From: Azolla caroliniana
Taxonomy: Eukaryota > Plantae > Polypodiophyta
Direction of reading: 5' to 3'
Assembly: GCA_043228905.1 (NCBI GenBank)
Contig: JBHGNT010000141.1
Span: 1 to 64,000, forward strand
Length of the DNA stretch: 64,000 bases
Shown here: positions 52,700-64,000 of the stretch, piece after piece
Position numbering within the stretch: the first letter of the stretch is position 1
How the letters are laid out: the number at the start of each line of letters is the position of its first letter
Program-made: the position numbers and the translations under genes
Notes under the pieces: model-generated
What the model saw: only the letters and a program-made list of their open reading frames with translations
Database searches by the model: none
Told to the model about the DNA's origin: nothing

Positions 52700-54000
52700 T
52701 ACAAACATCAAACATGCCAAACATATTACCAGTAACAAATTTACCAAACATTAAAAGTATGGATCGAAGATGCACTAACAAATATGAACTAATATCTTCA
52801 ACCACAAGGAACTAATGTGGGTAGCAATATGGCTTTCCTCGCCAACATGTGACCTTTAGATAAAGTGTTAGGCCTCTCGTTGCATGTTTAAAGCACCAAA
52901 ATTGATCCAACATTTCACAAAATATGGTTTACAACATGTCCTAAAGCCGGTCAACAAGAGGTAAGTAGTATTTTAGGTAAGACATCAATAACCCAACTTT
53001 TGTTCGACTCTTCACAAACCCATTCAACTATTTTTTTCCATCTTGTGTTCCAACCAAGGGGGTAACCAAGATGCCTTATTATGTTATTTGGACCAATTAT
53101 AAGCCTAGCCATACTCGTGCAATGCAAATCATATAAACACAAGGGCAAGAGTTTTGGTTGATATGTAACCTAGTAGCAAGACCATACAAGTTTGAGAGAA
53201 AATATTATTGTTGCATATGTTCTATAGCATTGCACGACATAAAGCATGAGTCGTCAACATGTGCATTGCAACTCATCTAAATAGACTTGATGTCACAAGA
53301 TTATTGGTGTATGACAACAATGGATGAGTGGTGAGTGATTACATAAAGTATGGCACTAATGGGACAAACTTGCCTAATGAAATTAATTTCTTCTTACCTT
53401 TTATAACCGAACCCCATCTTATGCATGATAGCTTGCACAAAACTCCATTGAATGGTATCAAATGCCTTCTCAATACACTTGCATGATCACAACATCTTGA
53501 TTTGTGTATTTCTCAAACTCAACACCAATTCGCGCATTTGCAAAGTTGTTCATTGTCCATCGTCGTTGTCGTATAAAACCATATTGATGTTTTAAATCTA
53601 TTCACGAGTACTTTAGCAATCAACTTCTAGATTGCAAGCACTAGTGATATGCGTCTCCAATCTAAAAGTGTTTCGCATAGCATCTACTTAAGGCAAAGTT
53701 TAATCAAGCCATGTATCCATGCACTTGCCATATCATGCCAATCTTCCCAACCTCCATTTTGCCATATATAATTTCCCATTCTAATTCAAATTGATTTTGT
53801 GTCCAAGTGCTAGTTGATTATTTATTAAGTTACTTTTCCTTCATGAATCAATTTGCATTGAATTGAGACATATTATCAACCATAACCCTAAAGGATTGTT
53901 TGTAATCCGCCAAAACAAATCTTCTCTCCAAGCTAAATAAATATCCAATTACATCTTCATATATAACACGAACACAATAAAGCATTATTGATGATCAAGA
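52700..54000 (-). mobile_element. Highly degenerate L1-type LINE RT remnant
   Basis: Minus-strand motifs EKAFDTIQWSFVQAIMHKMGFG, QVCP and IRHLGYPLGW; many stops. Boundaries approximate. Confidence 0.7.
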
Positions 54001-56734
54001 GTCACATGTTTGAGGTAACTATTATTGATGATCAAGAGTCACTTTTGATGAAGATAGATGTCAAAAATATGAGGGACAAAAGATAGTGTAGCATATACCA
54101 TCTATCCAATGACCATAGTCATTCAAATAGAATGACTATGGAATGTATATTTTGGTACATTCGGATGGGAAGTGAGAGCTATGTTATTCAATGCTATGGT
54201 GGTCCTAAGTGTTGCTTTATGGAGTGGAAATGTGGGGTGGCACTATCTCACTTAGTGCATGGAATGAAATAGAGAAAATCCAAAAAATGCTCTTACTTAG
54301 ACAATTGGGGGTAAAATCCTCAACATCCTAGACTATCATGCTATTAAAATTAGGTGCTCATCCTATAGCATATACAAAAGTGAAGAATATGTGTGATCAT
54401 ATATTGCTAAAACAAGCTTGGAACATAAGACATAATGTGCAAAAACTAATAAGAACAAAATCTTCTCATTTGGTTTGGTGCTTGACATTATGAAATGGTT
54501 TTAAGAGATGGGGAATAAAAGATGAATTGGAGCTCTTAGGTGATGCTATGAAGTATGTGATTATTATTAATGATAGGTTACTAATGCATTAAGGATGAAG
54601 TGGCAAGATCTTGAAATGTCGAAAGTGGAATATTACATTGCGAATATTAACTCCCAATGTTGGCTAGCTCCCATACAAGGCAAAAATACTAGAACGCATC
54701 CAATCTCATCTTACTACCCCCATGAGCCTTAGCTCTCAAAGAGCTTGAACACTTCTTCGAACTTCCTCACACAAGCTAGATGATGTTGAGGTAGTATCAT
54801 GGCATCATCACCCAAATATGAAGATATGCATCATCACTTATGACATGCTCTACATATAACGTAATTCGCAAGAATTGTTTTTTGTTAGATGGGCATGATA
54901 ATGTGACTATATTATTTTCACATCGAGGGTTTTTACTATGGAGTAGTAATCTCCCTTCTTAGGAACAAGTCACAGACAACATTTACGTTGATGGGTTCCA
55001 TAGGTCAAATTTGGCCTCGTCATGGACGATAAAACACCTATTCTATTCTATGGCTTTCCTTTAGTGGAAACATACATAAAGAGAAACTAATTGACAAATT
55101 TCTGACTTATTCTATCCACTTTTGTGTATACACATTCTATTCTATTTGGATACACATTTTCCAACCATGCGAGACAAACTAGGACTTCTCCTTTGTCACG
55201 TCATGTATATTGGAAAACACATGAGTGTTTTTGAGATCGCTTGCCATGTGCCACTCAAACTATAAAAACCATCCCCATGAACTTCTAGAAACTTTCAATG
55301 TTTACAGAAATCTTCGTCTCTAAAAATATCCAGTCAAACTTTTAGAACAAGGAACTCTTCTTTATCAATCTATTTGAGCAATGAAAGAATATTTTTAATT
55401 CCTGTCAAAATGTCTACATATTGAAAGTTATGGAAGAACATTAGATCATCATCAAATAATTAAATGTCTATTTTTTGGGAGGACCCGAGAGGAACGATAT
55501 TTATTTGGGATGAGCCTTTTACTTCATTCGATGGGTACTTTAGGTTGATAACAAGAAAGCAAAACAGACTATTTTTCACTAACAAAATAAACGAGGTATA
55601 AATCAATGTTTTTCACTAACGAGGTATAAATCAATGTTTTTTTCATTGGAGTTTGTATCAAACCAATAAACATGATTGTGTTGTGGAGTTAATCTACCTT
55701 AAGTAATTCATATCAATAAATGTATTCTTCGGAGTTAAATAACACTACTTATGTTCAACCATCGATAATTACATGCAAATTAGGGGAAACTATTACAATA
55801 AACATGAGATGAGGCCTAACCAAGAGCTTTACCATGGCATTGGCATGCAATGAAAGGTGAAAAGTTAACCAAAAGGATGCGAAAAGTTGTATGATTTTAA
55901 AGTGAAAGAAGGTGAAAGAGTGAACTCAAATGTGAACAACACCAAAAACACTCTAGGCCAACACTTTCACATGCATCTTTACTTTGCTTCTTCCCTTTGA
56001 TTTGTTGTTGTGAGCTTTAACAAATTATCTATATTTTTACATCCTATTGGTGAAAGACGCTAAAGATGCTAGACTGGGTTAGCACCCACCAACACACAAA
56101 ACACAATCCACAATCCACACTCTGTTCCCGAACCACTTTTCAATCTCATACCACACATTTATTCATGTTTAGTAAATTGATGGAGCTAACTCATGTCCAC
56201 TTCTAGGAGAACTTGAATGAAATCATCTTGGGGTCTCAAAGTAACATGTTGCATATGTTGAATTCTTTGACATGGTGTAGACCAACTGCATCATGTCAAT
56301 TTTATGATTTCTAAGCAAGATCAAGTAAAGTAATATAAATAAATAGATAACTGTACATATATCTATATAAAGAAATTTATCATAAGATCTAAGTATACGG
56401 CTTCATGATACATAAATGACAAGAAATACAAGTTAAAATGTTAGGTCAATCAATAATCTATGGACTTGAGTCAATTATACAACAAAAGAGAGAAAAATGT
56501 GATGGTTTGCTGACCTTTCCATTCATCAGCCAGAAACTCTTGATGATTGTCATTTTCCAAATACATTACAGAGGGTATCTTTTGAAGTATCTTCTCCAAG
56601 CATATTTTTGTTGAAACTGATGCATTTATTTATACCACAATTGGATGATAGAGCATCAGTTTTATTTACAAAGAAGATTTTTGTCAAAAAAAAGTAAAAT
56701 TGGAGTGGTGGGAATTGAACTCTTCACCAATGCC

Positions 56735-58759
56735 TTATAGGTCAATTATTTTCACTTTCATAGCCTCAATCTTGTTTGCTTCTTCATACATGTTTGCAGT
56801 TAAATACAGATTAATCATACATGCATATGCTGAGCCATTAGCATGATCCAGCTGTACTGCTTCCTCAAATGCTAACCTCCCTACTCGTACATTACCCCAT
56901 TTTTCACATGAGCTTAGAAGAGAAAGCCAGACTGGATAATCACAAGATGGCATCTTCTTGATAACTTCCATGGCCTTGTGAAAGTTGCCGGCACGGCCAA
57001 AAAGTTCGACCATGCACGTGTAATGCTCTATTTCGGGTGCAATACCATATTTCTTGCTCATGTTTTCAAAATATATTTGACCCTCGTCCACTAAACTTGA
57101 ATGACAACATGCATTCAACACACAAAGGAAAGTGACTACATCAGGACAAACATGTTGATCTTGCATTCGCAAGAAACACTTCAATGCCTCTTCCCCCTGC
57201 CCTTGCTCTGCATATCCTCGGATCAATGCATTCCAAGAGGGAACATCTCGAATAAGGAGTTCATCAAAAACTTGCTGAGCTTTTCTGAGATCCCCACATT
57301 TGACATACATGTCTACCAAGGCAGTGCTTAAAACCGTCTCTTTGCTCCCTAAAATCGCCTTATTAACAATCTCGTTGTGAATTTGTATGCCTTTATTGAT
57401 AGCTCCTATGTTGCCACATGCAATAAGGATGCAAATAAAGGTAACCACATTGGGAGAGAAACCCTCATTTTGCATACGATGAAACCCTTTTAGTGCTTCT
57501 TCCCCATGACCTTGATGGGCATACCCAGCAATAAGTGCATTCCAGGAGATTGCATCTCGGACATGGAGGCTATTATGTATATGCTGAGCTTTTACAAGCT
57601 TCCCACATTTTGCATACATATCCACCAAAGCTGTTCCTAGAACAATATCCTTCTCCAATGCTCCTTTCTTCAAGAAGGCATGATGGATTTTTTCCGCCCT
57701 ATCAAGTGCTCCAATATTGCCACATGCCTCCAAGATGCAACAAATGGTTGTTGTATTCGGTGAAATGCCATCATTTTTCATCTGCTCAAAACAATTCAAT
57801 GCATTTTCACTTTGCCCGTGCTGAGCATACCCTGCAATCAGTGTGTTCCAAGTAACCACATCTCGAACAAGAAGCTCATCGAGTACTTGATGTGCTTTTC
57901 TAAGCTCACTGCATTTGGTGTACATGTCTACCAACGCAGTGCCCAGGATAGTATCTTTTACCAAAAATCCTTTGTTAACAATCTCACGATGAATTTGAAT
58001 CCCTTCATCAATTGCAGCCATGCTGCCACATGCTTTCAAGATACACGTGAAAGTGATCACATCTGGACAAAGGCCATCATTTTTCATTTGTTCGAAACAG
58101 TTTAATGCCGCCTCACTCTGTGACTGATGGGCATATCCAGCAATTAGTGCATTCCAAGTGAAAACATCTCGATGAGGAAGCCCATCAAGCACTTTTTGTG
58201 CTTTTTCTAGTTTACCACATTTAGCATACATATCCACAACGGCGGTGCCAAGAACAATATCCTTTTCAAGCAACCCATTCCGAAAAATCTCTTCATGAAT
58301 TAGGCTCCCTTTATTGACTTCTTGGGTGATACCACATGCCTTCATTATGTAAGTGAAGGTTATGGTATTAGGAGAAACTCCATCTCTTTGCATTTGTTCA
58401 AAACAGTTCAATGCATCTTCACATCGACCTTGTTGAGCATATCCTCCTATAAGTGCATTCCAACATGTAACATTCCGAACATGAAGCTCATCGAGCACTT
58501 TTTGTGCTCTTTTCAATGCACCACATTTAGCATACATATTAACCAAAGCACTGCCTATATAAAGGTTTTTTTCAAGTAGCCCTTTCTCCATAACATCATA
58601 GTGCAACTTAATTCCATTCTCCAATTCTTTTCTCTTTGCACAGTCCTTGAGTAAGGCCACATAAGCAATGGCCTCATGATGTCCATATCTACCACTAGCA
58701 TGATTCTTTCCTTTTCCCAGGAATTGTGCTTTTCCCATTGCACCACATTTAGCATGCAT
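56735..58759 (-). CDS. PLS-class PPR protein with E domain (probable organellar RNA-editing factor), single long coding exon; 5' end unresolved
   Basis: ~674 aa from ATG 58759; about five PLS triplets (GTALVDMYAKCG, DVVTWNTLIAGY, TFTCILKACG), then EHYTCMVELFGRAG...WLSLLSSCEKWGNV...AYACMINLY; no DYW domain. Confidence 0.92.
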   Translation of the reverse strand: MHAKCGAMGKAQFLGKGKNHASGRYGHHEAIAYVALLKDCAKRKELENGIKLHYDVMEKGLLEKNLYIGSALVNMYAKCGALKRAQKVLDELHVRNVTCWNALIGGYAQQGRCEDALNCFEQMQRDGVSPNTITFTYIMKACGITQEVNKGSLIHEEIFRNGLLEKDIVLGTAVVDMYAKCGKLEKAQKVLDGLPHRDVFTWNALIAGYAHQSQSEAALNCFEQMKNDGLCPDVITFTCILKACGSMAAIDEGIQIHREIVNKGFLVKDTILGTALVDMYTKCSELRKAHQVLDELLVRDVVTWNTLIAGYAQHGQSENALNCFEQMKNDGISPNTTTICCILEACGNIGALDRAEKIHHAFLKKGALEKDIVLGTALVDMYAKCGKLVKAQHIHNSLHVRDAISWNALIAGYAHQGHGEEALKGFHRMQNEGFSPNVVTFICILIACGNIGAINKGIQIHNEIVNKAILGSKETVLSTALVDMYVKCGDLRKAQQVFDELLIRDVPSWNALIRGYAEQGQGEEALKCFLRMQDQHVCPDVVTFLCVLNACCHSSLVDEGQIYFENMSKKYGIAPEIEHYTCMVELFGRAGNFHKAMEVIKKMPSCDYPVWLSLLSSCEKWGNVRVGRLAFEEAVQLDHANGSAYACMINLYLTANMYEEANKIEAMKVKIIDL

Positions 58760-60179
58760 ATTAAGGATTCTGCTCAAGAGATCCTTTCTCTACCACACTA
58801 CAAGCGTAGAATAATCCCTTTTTCTTTTGGTGTTCATATCAATAAACATCAACAAATGTATGGTAAAATCTTTCTCAATGAACATACACACTTTCATGAA
58901 ATCAATGTTAATTGAAGCACTACTTCCTCCAATATTAGTGATTCTTTTTCCAAGTAATCTTTCCAAAAAATGCATTCATGTCTCTGTATTCCTCTATCTT
59001 TGCTACAACACTGAAGCAGAGCCACGTGAGAAACAGCCTCATGGCGTTCACATCAAACATCATCATCATTCTTTTCTTTTCTTTTCTTTTTTTGCCTTTC
59101 CAAAAAGCTTGACAAAGAAAGCAAGCCTGAAGTGAAGCCATGGTGTGTTCTCTGTTCTGTGAGAAAGGTGCAGAGAAAGGTATATAGAGGTTATTCAGAT
59201 CATAGTACGTAAAATTCGTGTTCGTCTAGTATAACATTCGTTTTCCTACGTTTGAAAACGAATGCGAATGTTTTCCCCATTTTTTTAATGTTTTTTTTTT
59301 GTTTTTTTTTTCATTTTTAGGCTTATCTACCTCATAATAAATAGTTAATCCAAAAGTATGGTATTTATCATTCTTTGGGGGTGTTTTTCTTTCGCGAATG
59401 AATGAATGCACGTATGATACGTAAGGTTCATACTATGATTCAGATACCATGGCTCTCTATCATCATAAGGGGAAAACTAATCACAAAAAATGCCCCTCAA
59501 TTCTGGGTATTTACAAGGCTACCCCTTGGCCTCTCTTCTTGTTTAATCCTTGAAGGGGGGGGGGGGGGGGGAGGGGGGGTTATCTCTAGGAAGAAAAAGT
59601 CTAGAATTTTCACTCTACCGACCTAACAAAGTTTGCTTGACTTAATTATGATCATGGCACATTGGCCATCAGAATTTAAATGGATTAAGGTTTTAATCAC
59701 ACGAGAACATCAAAATTTGAATGATCTCCTATTATTGTGATGACTTGCCAAATGCTAGAATTTTACTGATCTAATGCCATCTTAGTGTATCTCGGCCATA
59801 TGATCAAAGTCTTGAGTTCACGATACAATGTTTGGAAGCACTCAAATGTAAAGAATGAAGTTTGATGTGTGATGTCCCTATGATGTATAATAGAATTTGG
59901 CCAAGGGATTTGCATGAAATTGTTATACAAAAATTTGTGGAATGATGGTAGACCAATTTTTTATTTTTTTTTCCAAAACAATATTCTTCATTAGTATAAA
60001 TTCTTCATACATGAGAAAATGATTAGTCTGACAACATCGTAAAAGTTGTGGCCATGATAGGCCAATAAAAAACTCAAAGACTCAAAGTAGAAGACTACAA
60101 AGAACGGTGGACACACATACATGACTCTTCTTCCCATCTCATGTGATCATTGGCTTAGACCCAATGTTCCTCCATCTTC

Positions 60180-60770
<591 letters not shown>

Positions 60771-61473
60771 ATACTAGTTCTCTACTAAAATCCACTCTCC
60801 TCAGACCCTCACTAAACTTTGCTTCTACCTCCGCCACCATCTTCGCTCATCGTTATATAAACTCAAAACAAAAAATGTGCTGCAAATATTTCCACATCAG
60901 CCATCTCTCCATTTTCCTTGAAATTCCTGCATAGACAACCAAGAAAAAATTAGCTATCCCAATCCACTCATGACCTTGACAACATTCTCACTCATCCTTT
61001 CAAAAAATAAACAACTTCCATTTCCACAACATCCATCTTGGCAATCACTGCTCGTTTTCAACAATTTCCTATACGTACTTATAATATTTTGCTTCACCCC
61101 CCACACCGTCTTCGCTCATCCTTATCCCTCAAAAAATTCTTCTTACGTCCACATCAACCATCTCGCCGATTACCGCCAAATTCCAACTCATGATAATCGT
61201 TTCTTCAACCCCCACACCATCTACACTCATCCTTATCGCTCAGAAGAAATTGCTTCTTACATCCACAACAACCATCTCGCCTTCTCGCTAATCGGCACCA
61301 AAATTTGGTTTGCCATGTGCTTGATTTCCTTCCATCAAGCATCCTGGAAACGAAGCATCCTTGATGGTAGACCAAATTCACAATATTATTATTAATAATA
61401 ACATTATTAATTTTTATTGTCATTACAATGATTGTTGTGTATTATTGTTTTATAGAAACATGATGGAAACAAG

Positions 61474-61642
61474 AAGAAGAAAGTAAGGAAGCAAGAAAGA
61501 CGTTGGGCAATAAGGGTTGAGCTAACTACATTTATTGGTTTGGTGTTCAACCCCTCCAAGAAGAAAGTAAGGAAGCAAGAAAGAAGTTGGGCAATAAGGG
61601 TCAAACTAACTACATTTATTGGTTTGATGTTCAACCCCTCCC
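61474..61642. repeat. 84-bp direct tandem duplication
   Basis: AAGAAGAAAGTAAGGAAGCAAGAAAGA...TACATTTATTGGTTTG.TGTTCAACCCCTCC occurs twice. Confidence 0.88.
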
Positions 61643-64000
61643 AACTCCTTTTTATCTCTCATCGACAAGAACCTTGGGGTTTTGGCATTTTCCTCCTTTC
61701 ACATACACCACATCACGGCAACATGTACAACGAAAATGTTAGCATCTACCTTCGCATAAGGAGAAAAGACCTTATTACCTCTTTTCTCAATCATAATTGA
61801 CTTCCATTTCATCAAGTCTATAAGCTAGATAATCCTCCTTGACTTAGACCTCTACCATATGGTCGTATTCTAGTTCAACCAACCACGATGCTATATTGCC
61901 AAGGCGTGGAGTTTGTCGAAGTAAAATTCCTAGTGAGGGCAACCTAGTTGCCCAAGGTGGAATTTTAGCATGCTCCACCAAAGGCCCTTGTCCAAACCTC
62001 TCATTAAGTACCCTTCAATAGTTGTTTGGGTGGTGCATGATGAATGGCTCCACCACAAATAGTATTATGATCAATGTGGACATTCATGTCCCATATGAGG
62101 GCCTTGGCATGTGGGTATGTTTTTGTGTACTGCATAGCCAATTGGGGTGTGTGGGTGCTACAAACAATCTTTCTTCAGTTAATAGCATCTAAAGTACGGT
62201 GGAATCTTTTAAGGTTATTATTACCAATGACCATCATACAAGCTTTGTAGAAAGACATACTCAACTTGACAGTTAGGAAGTTTTATAAGGTAGTATTGGC
62301 CGTTGATAAACCAACTCATTAGTTTTTCATCTTACATTTTTTCACTACGTTCACATCGATAGTCTAAGCTTTTTGTTCGCCAAATGTATTCACATTATCA
62401 AAGACATCCATGCATGTGTGAAATGTGAGAGGGACAATCAAGGTCCATAACCATCGAAAAAGGGGTCTACGATGGTCCATTATGATTTTGTCAAGGTTCA
62501 CCACTTGAGTTTCCTTCGGAGAATGTGGGTGTGAATGGGTGCACAAGTGTGTCGAATGCGAAAGTATGTTCTTTATTTAAAATGACTATTAGTGCATGTG
62601 TCTAATGTGCCACAATGCACACAATTTAACTTGTACGGATTTGACATGTGTATTTGCACATCTACATGTGGAGGTTTTCTTAAATGAGAACTTGTATGAT
62701 GCATATATGAGTGAAAGGGATTTGTATGTGTTTGGCTTAATTTATATGTGTGAATTAATGGGTATAAATGTGGAATAGTACATGTGACTAATTGTGCTTT
62801 GTATTAATGTGTGCTTTTATGTTTTGTGTCATGTGTGAGTATGTCTTCAATATATTTACATGTTCTTCAAATGACGACATCAACTTTCTTCATTTACACA
62901 TGGTTCAATAGCTACAACATGATAAGTAGGCCCCTCATGCAGTTTCTCTACACGATGATTTTGAGGTCTGATGCATTGTGCAAAAACTCTCCATGAGGCT
63001 CATTGGCTTACTATGATATCCCCTCCCCACAAAGGAACAATGTGCTCCTTTGTGTGGGCTCATCCACATTATTATTTCATGTCCCTTCGTTTGGGCTTTG
63101 TCTACATCCACAATGGTTTGGGGCCATGATGGTTGGTCCCCTACAACAGATTGGGACAATGCAGGATGACCATATGCGGAGCTAGAGTGTCCCCCAACAA
63201 TAGAACACCAAATCCATGGAATCTAGAGATGCGGGTTCGAATACCGTGGCTCACGAAACATTTAGAACAGAATTTTTCACATTCACCAGATTCTTTATTT
63301 CACACTTGAATTGAAATAATGGCACACTTTCACCAATAATTAGTGTGGAAATTCAAGTAGTAGGTAACATAGGAAATTTTTATATCTCATACTTACAACT
63401 TTCACCAAGCATAATCTTAAGAGCCTATTCAAAAGCTAATTTTAATGGTTTACGGGTAGGATTCATGGTAAACTAGTTATACTAAGACCAGGGATAAACC
63501 CATAAGGACCTATGACAAGTGGTAGTTTGTGTGGGGCTATGTAAAGAGACTAGCAACTTGAGATGATGTTGAGATTTTATTGGTGACGCAAATTTACCTT
63601 TCTTCTTTTAGATCCAGTCTTCTCAACATCCAAAGTACAACATAAGGTAAGAGTCGATTGTCTGGGACACCTAGGCGTAGTTTATGTTCATCACTTGTCC
63701 TTCGCTTTGGGATGATCAGTGTGGTTACACCCTTAAACCATTCTCTTCTTAATCTAAATATTCATTGCTTATCATTAGTATTTCGATTCATAATAATATG
63801 TACGCTCAATAAGGACATTGTGAGTAGGTTAACAACGATATCGCCAATTCATGTGAATGTATAACACAGGAACAAAACACAAACTTTCACTTGAAAGGTG
63901 TCTCCCGTTTTGTAATATTGAAAGAAGTACACATACTTAAAGGTTCAGACTTTTGACCCTTGAATCACATGAACTTGCTCGATATACGTTGAACTTCACA

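Noticed and set aside
59468-59615. Mutator-MITE-like start followed by a long poly-G run
   Set aside because: No matching TIR or TSD found; the poly-G length may be a sequencing artefact.
62990-63200. Segment weakly resembling the putative gypsy LTR at 20635-21000
   Set aside because: Similarity is limited to a short ATGTGGATGAGC motif; no LTR termini or TSD established.

Overview
Land-plant nuclear genomic DNA (AT-rich, spliceosomal introns). The intronless PLS-class PPR genes and plastid fragments with apparently unedited codons suggest a fern, which is inference. Five spliced genes could be rebuilt by hand with splice phases that close: a NAL1-like trypsin-family protease, an IRP1-like SAM-domain protein, a heterotrimeric G-protein beta subunit, a trypsin-like-fold protein with an (NP)n tract, and an R2R3-MYB. 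Two intronless PLS-E PPR genes are also present. Intergenic and intronic DNA holds a tRNA-Trp-primed LTR retrotransposon fragment, a Ty3/gypsy relic, several LINE relics (one with a 17-bp TSD), and Mutator-type and hAT-type MITEs with clear TIRs/TSDs. The most unusual items are a mosaic plastid insertion (atpA + rpoC1), a MAPK-PPR chimeric pseudogene apparently assembled at microhomologies, a kinase-like ~255-bp tandem repeat abutting a PPR gene, and an in-frame uORF before the G-beta gene. I found no convincing wholly new multi-gene system. All family assignments come from motif recall, not database searches.
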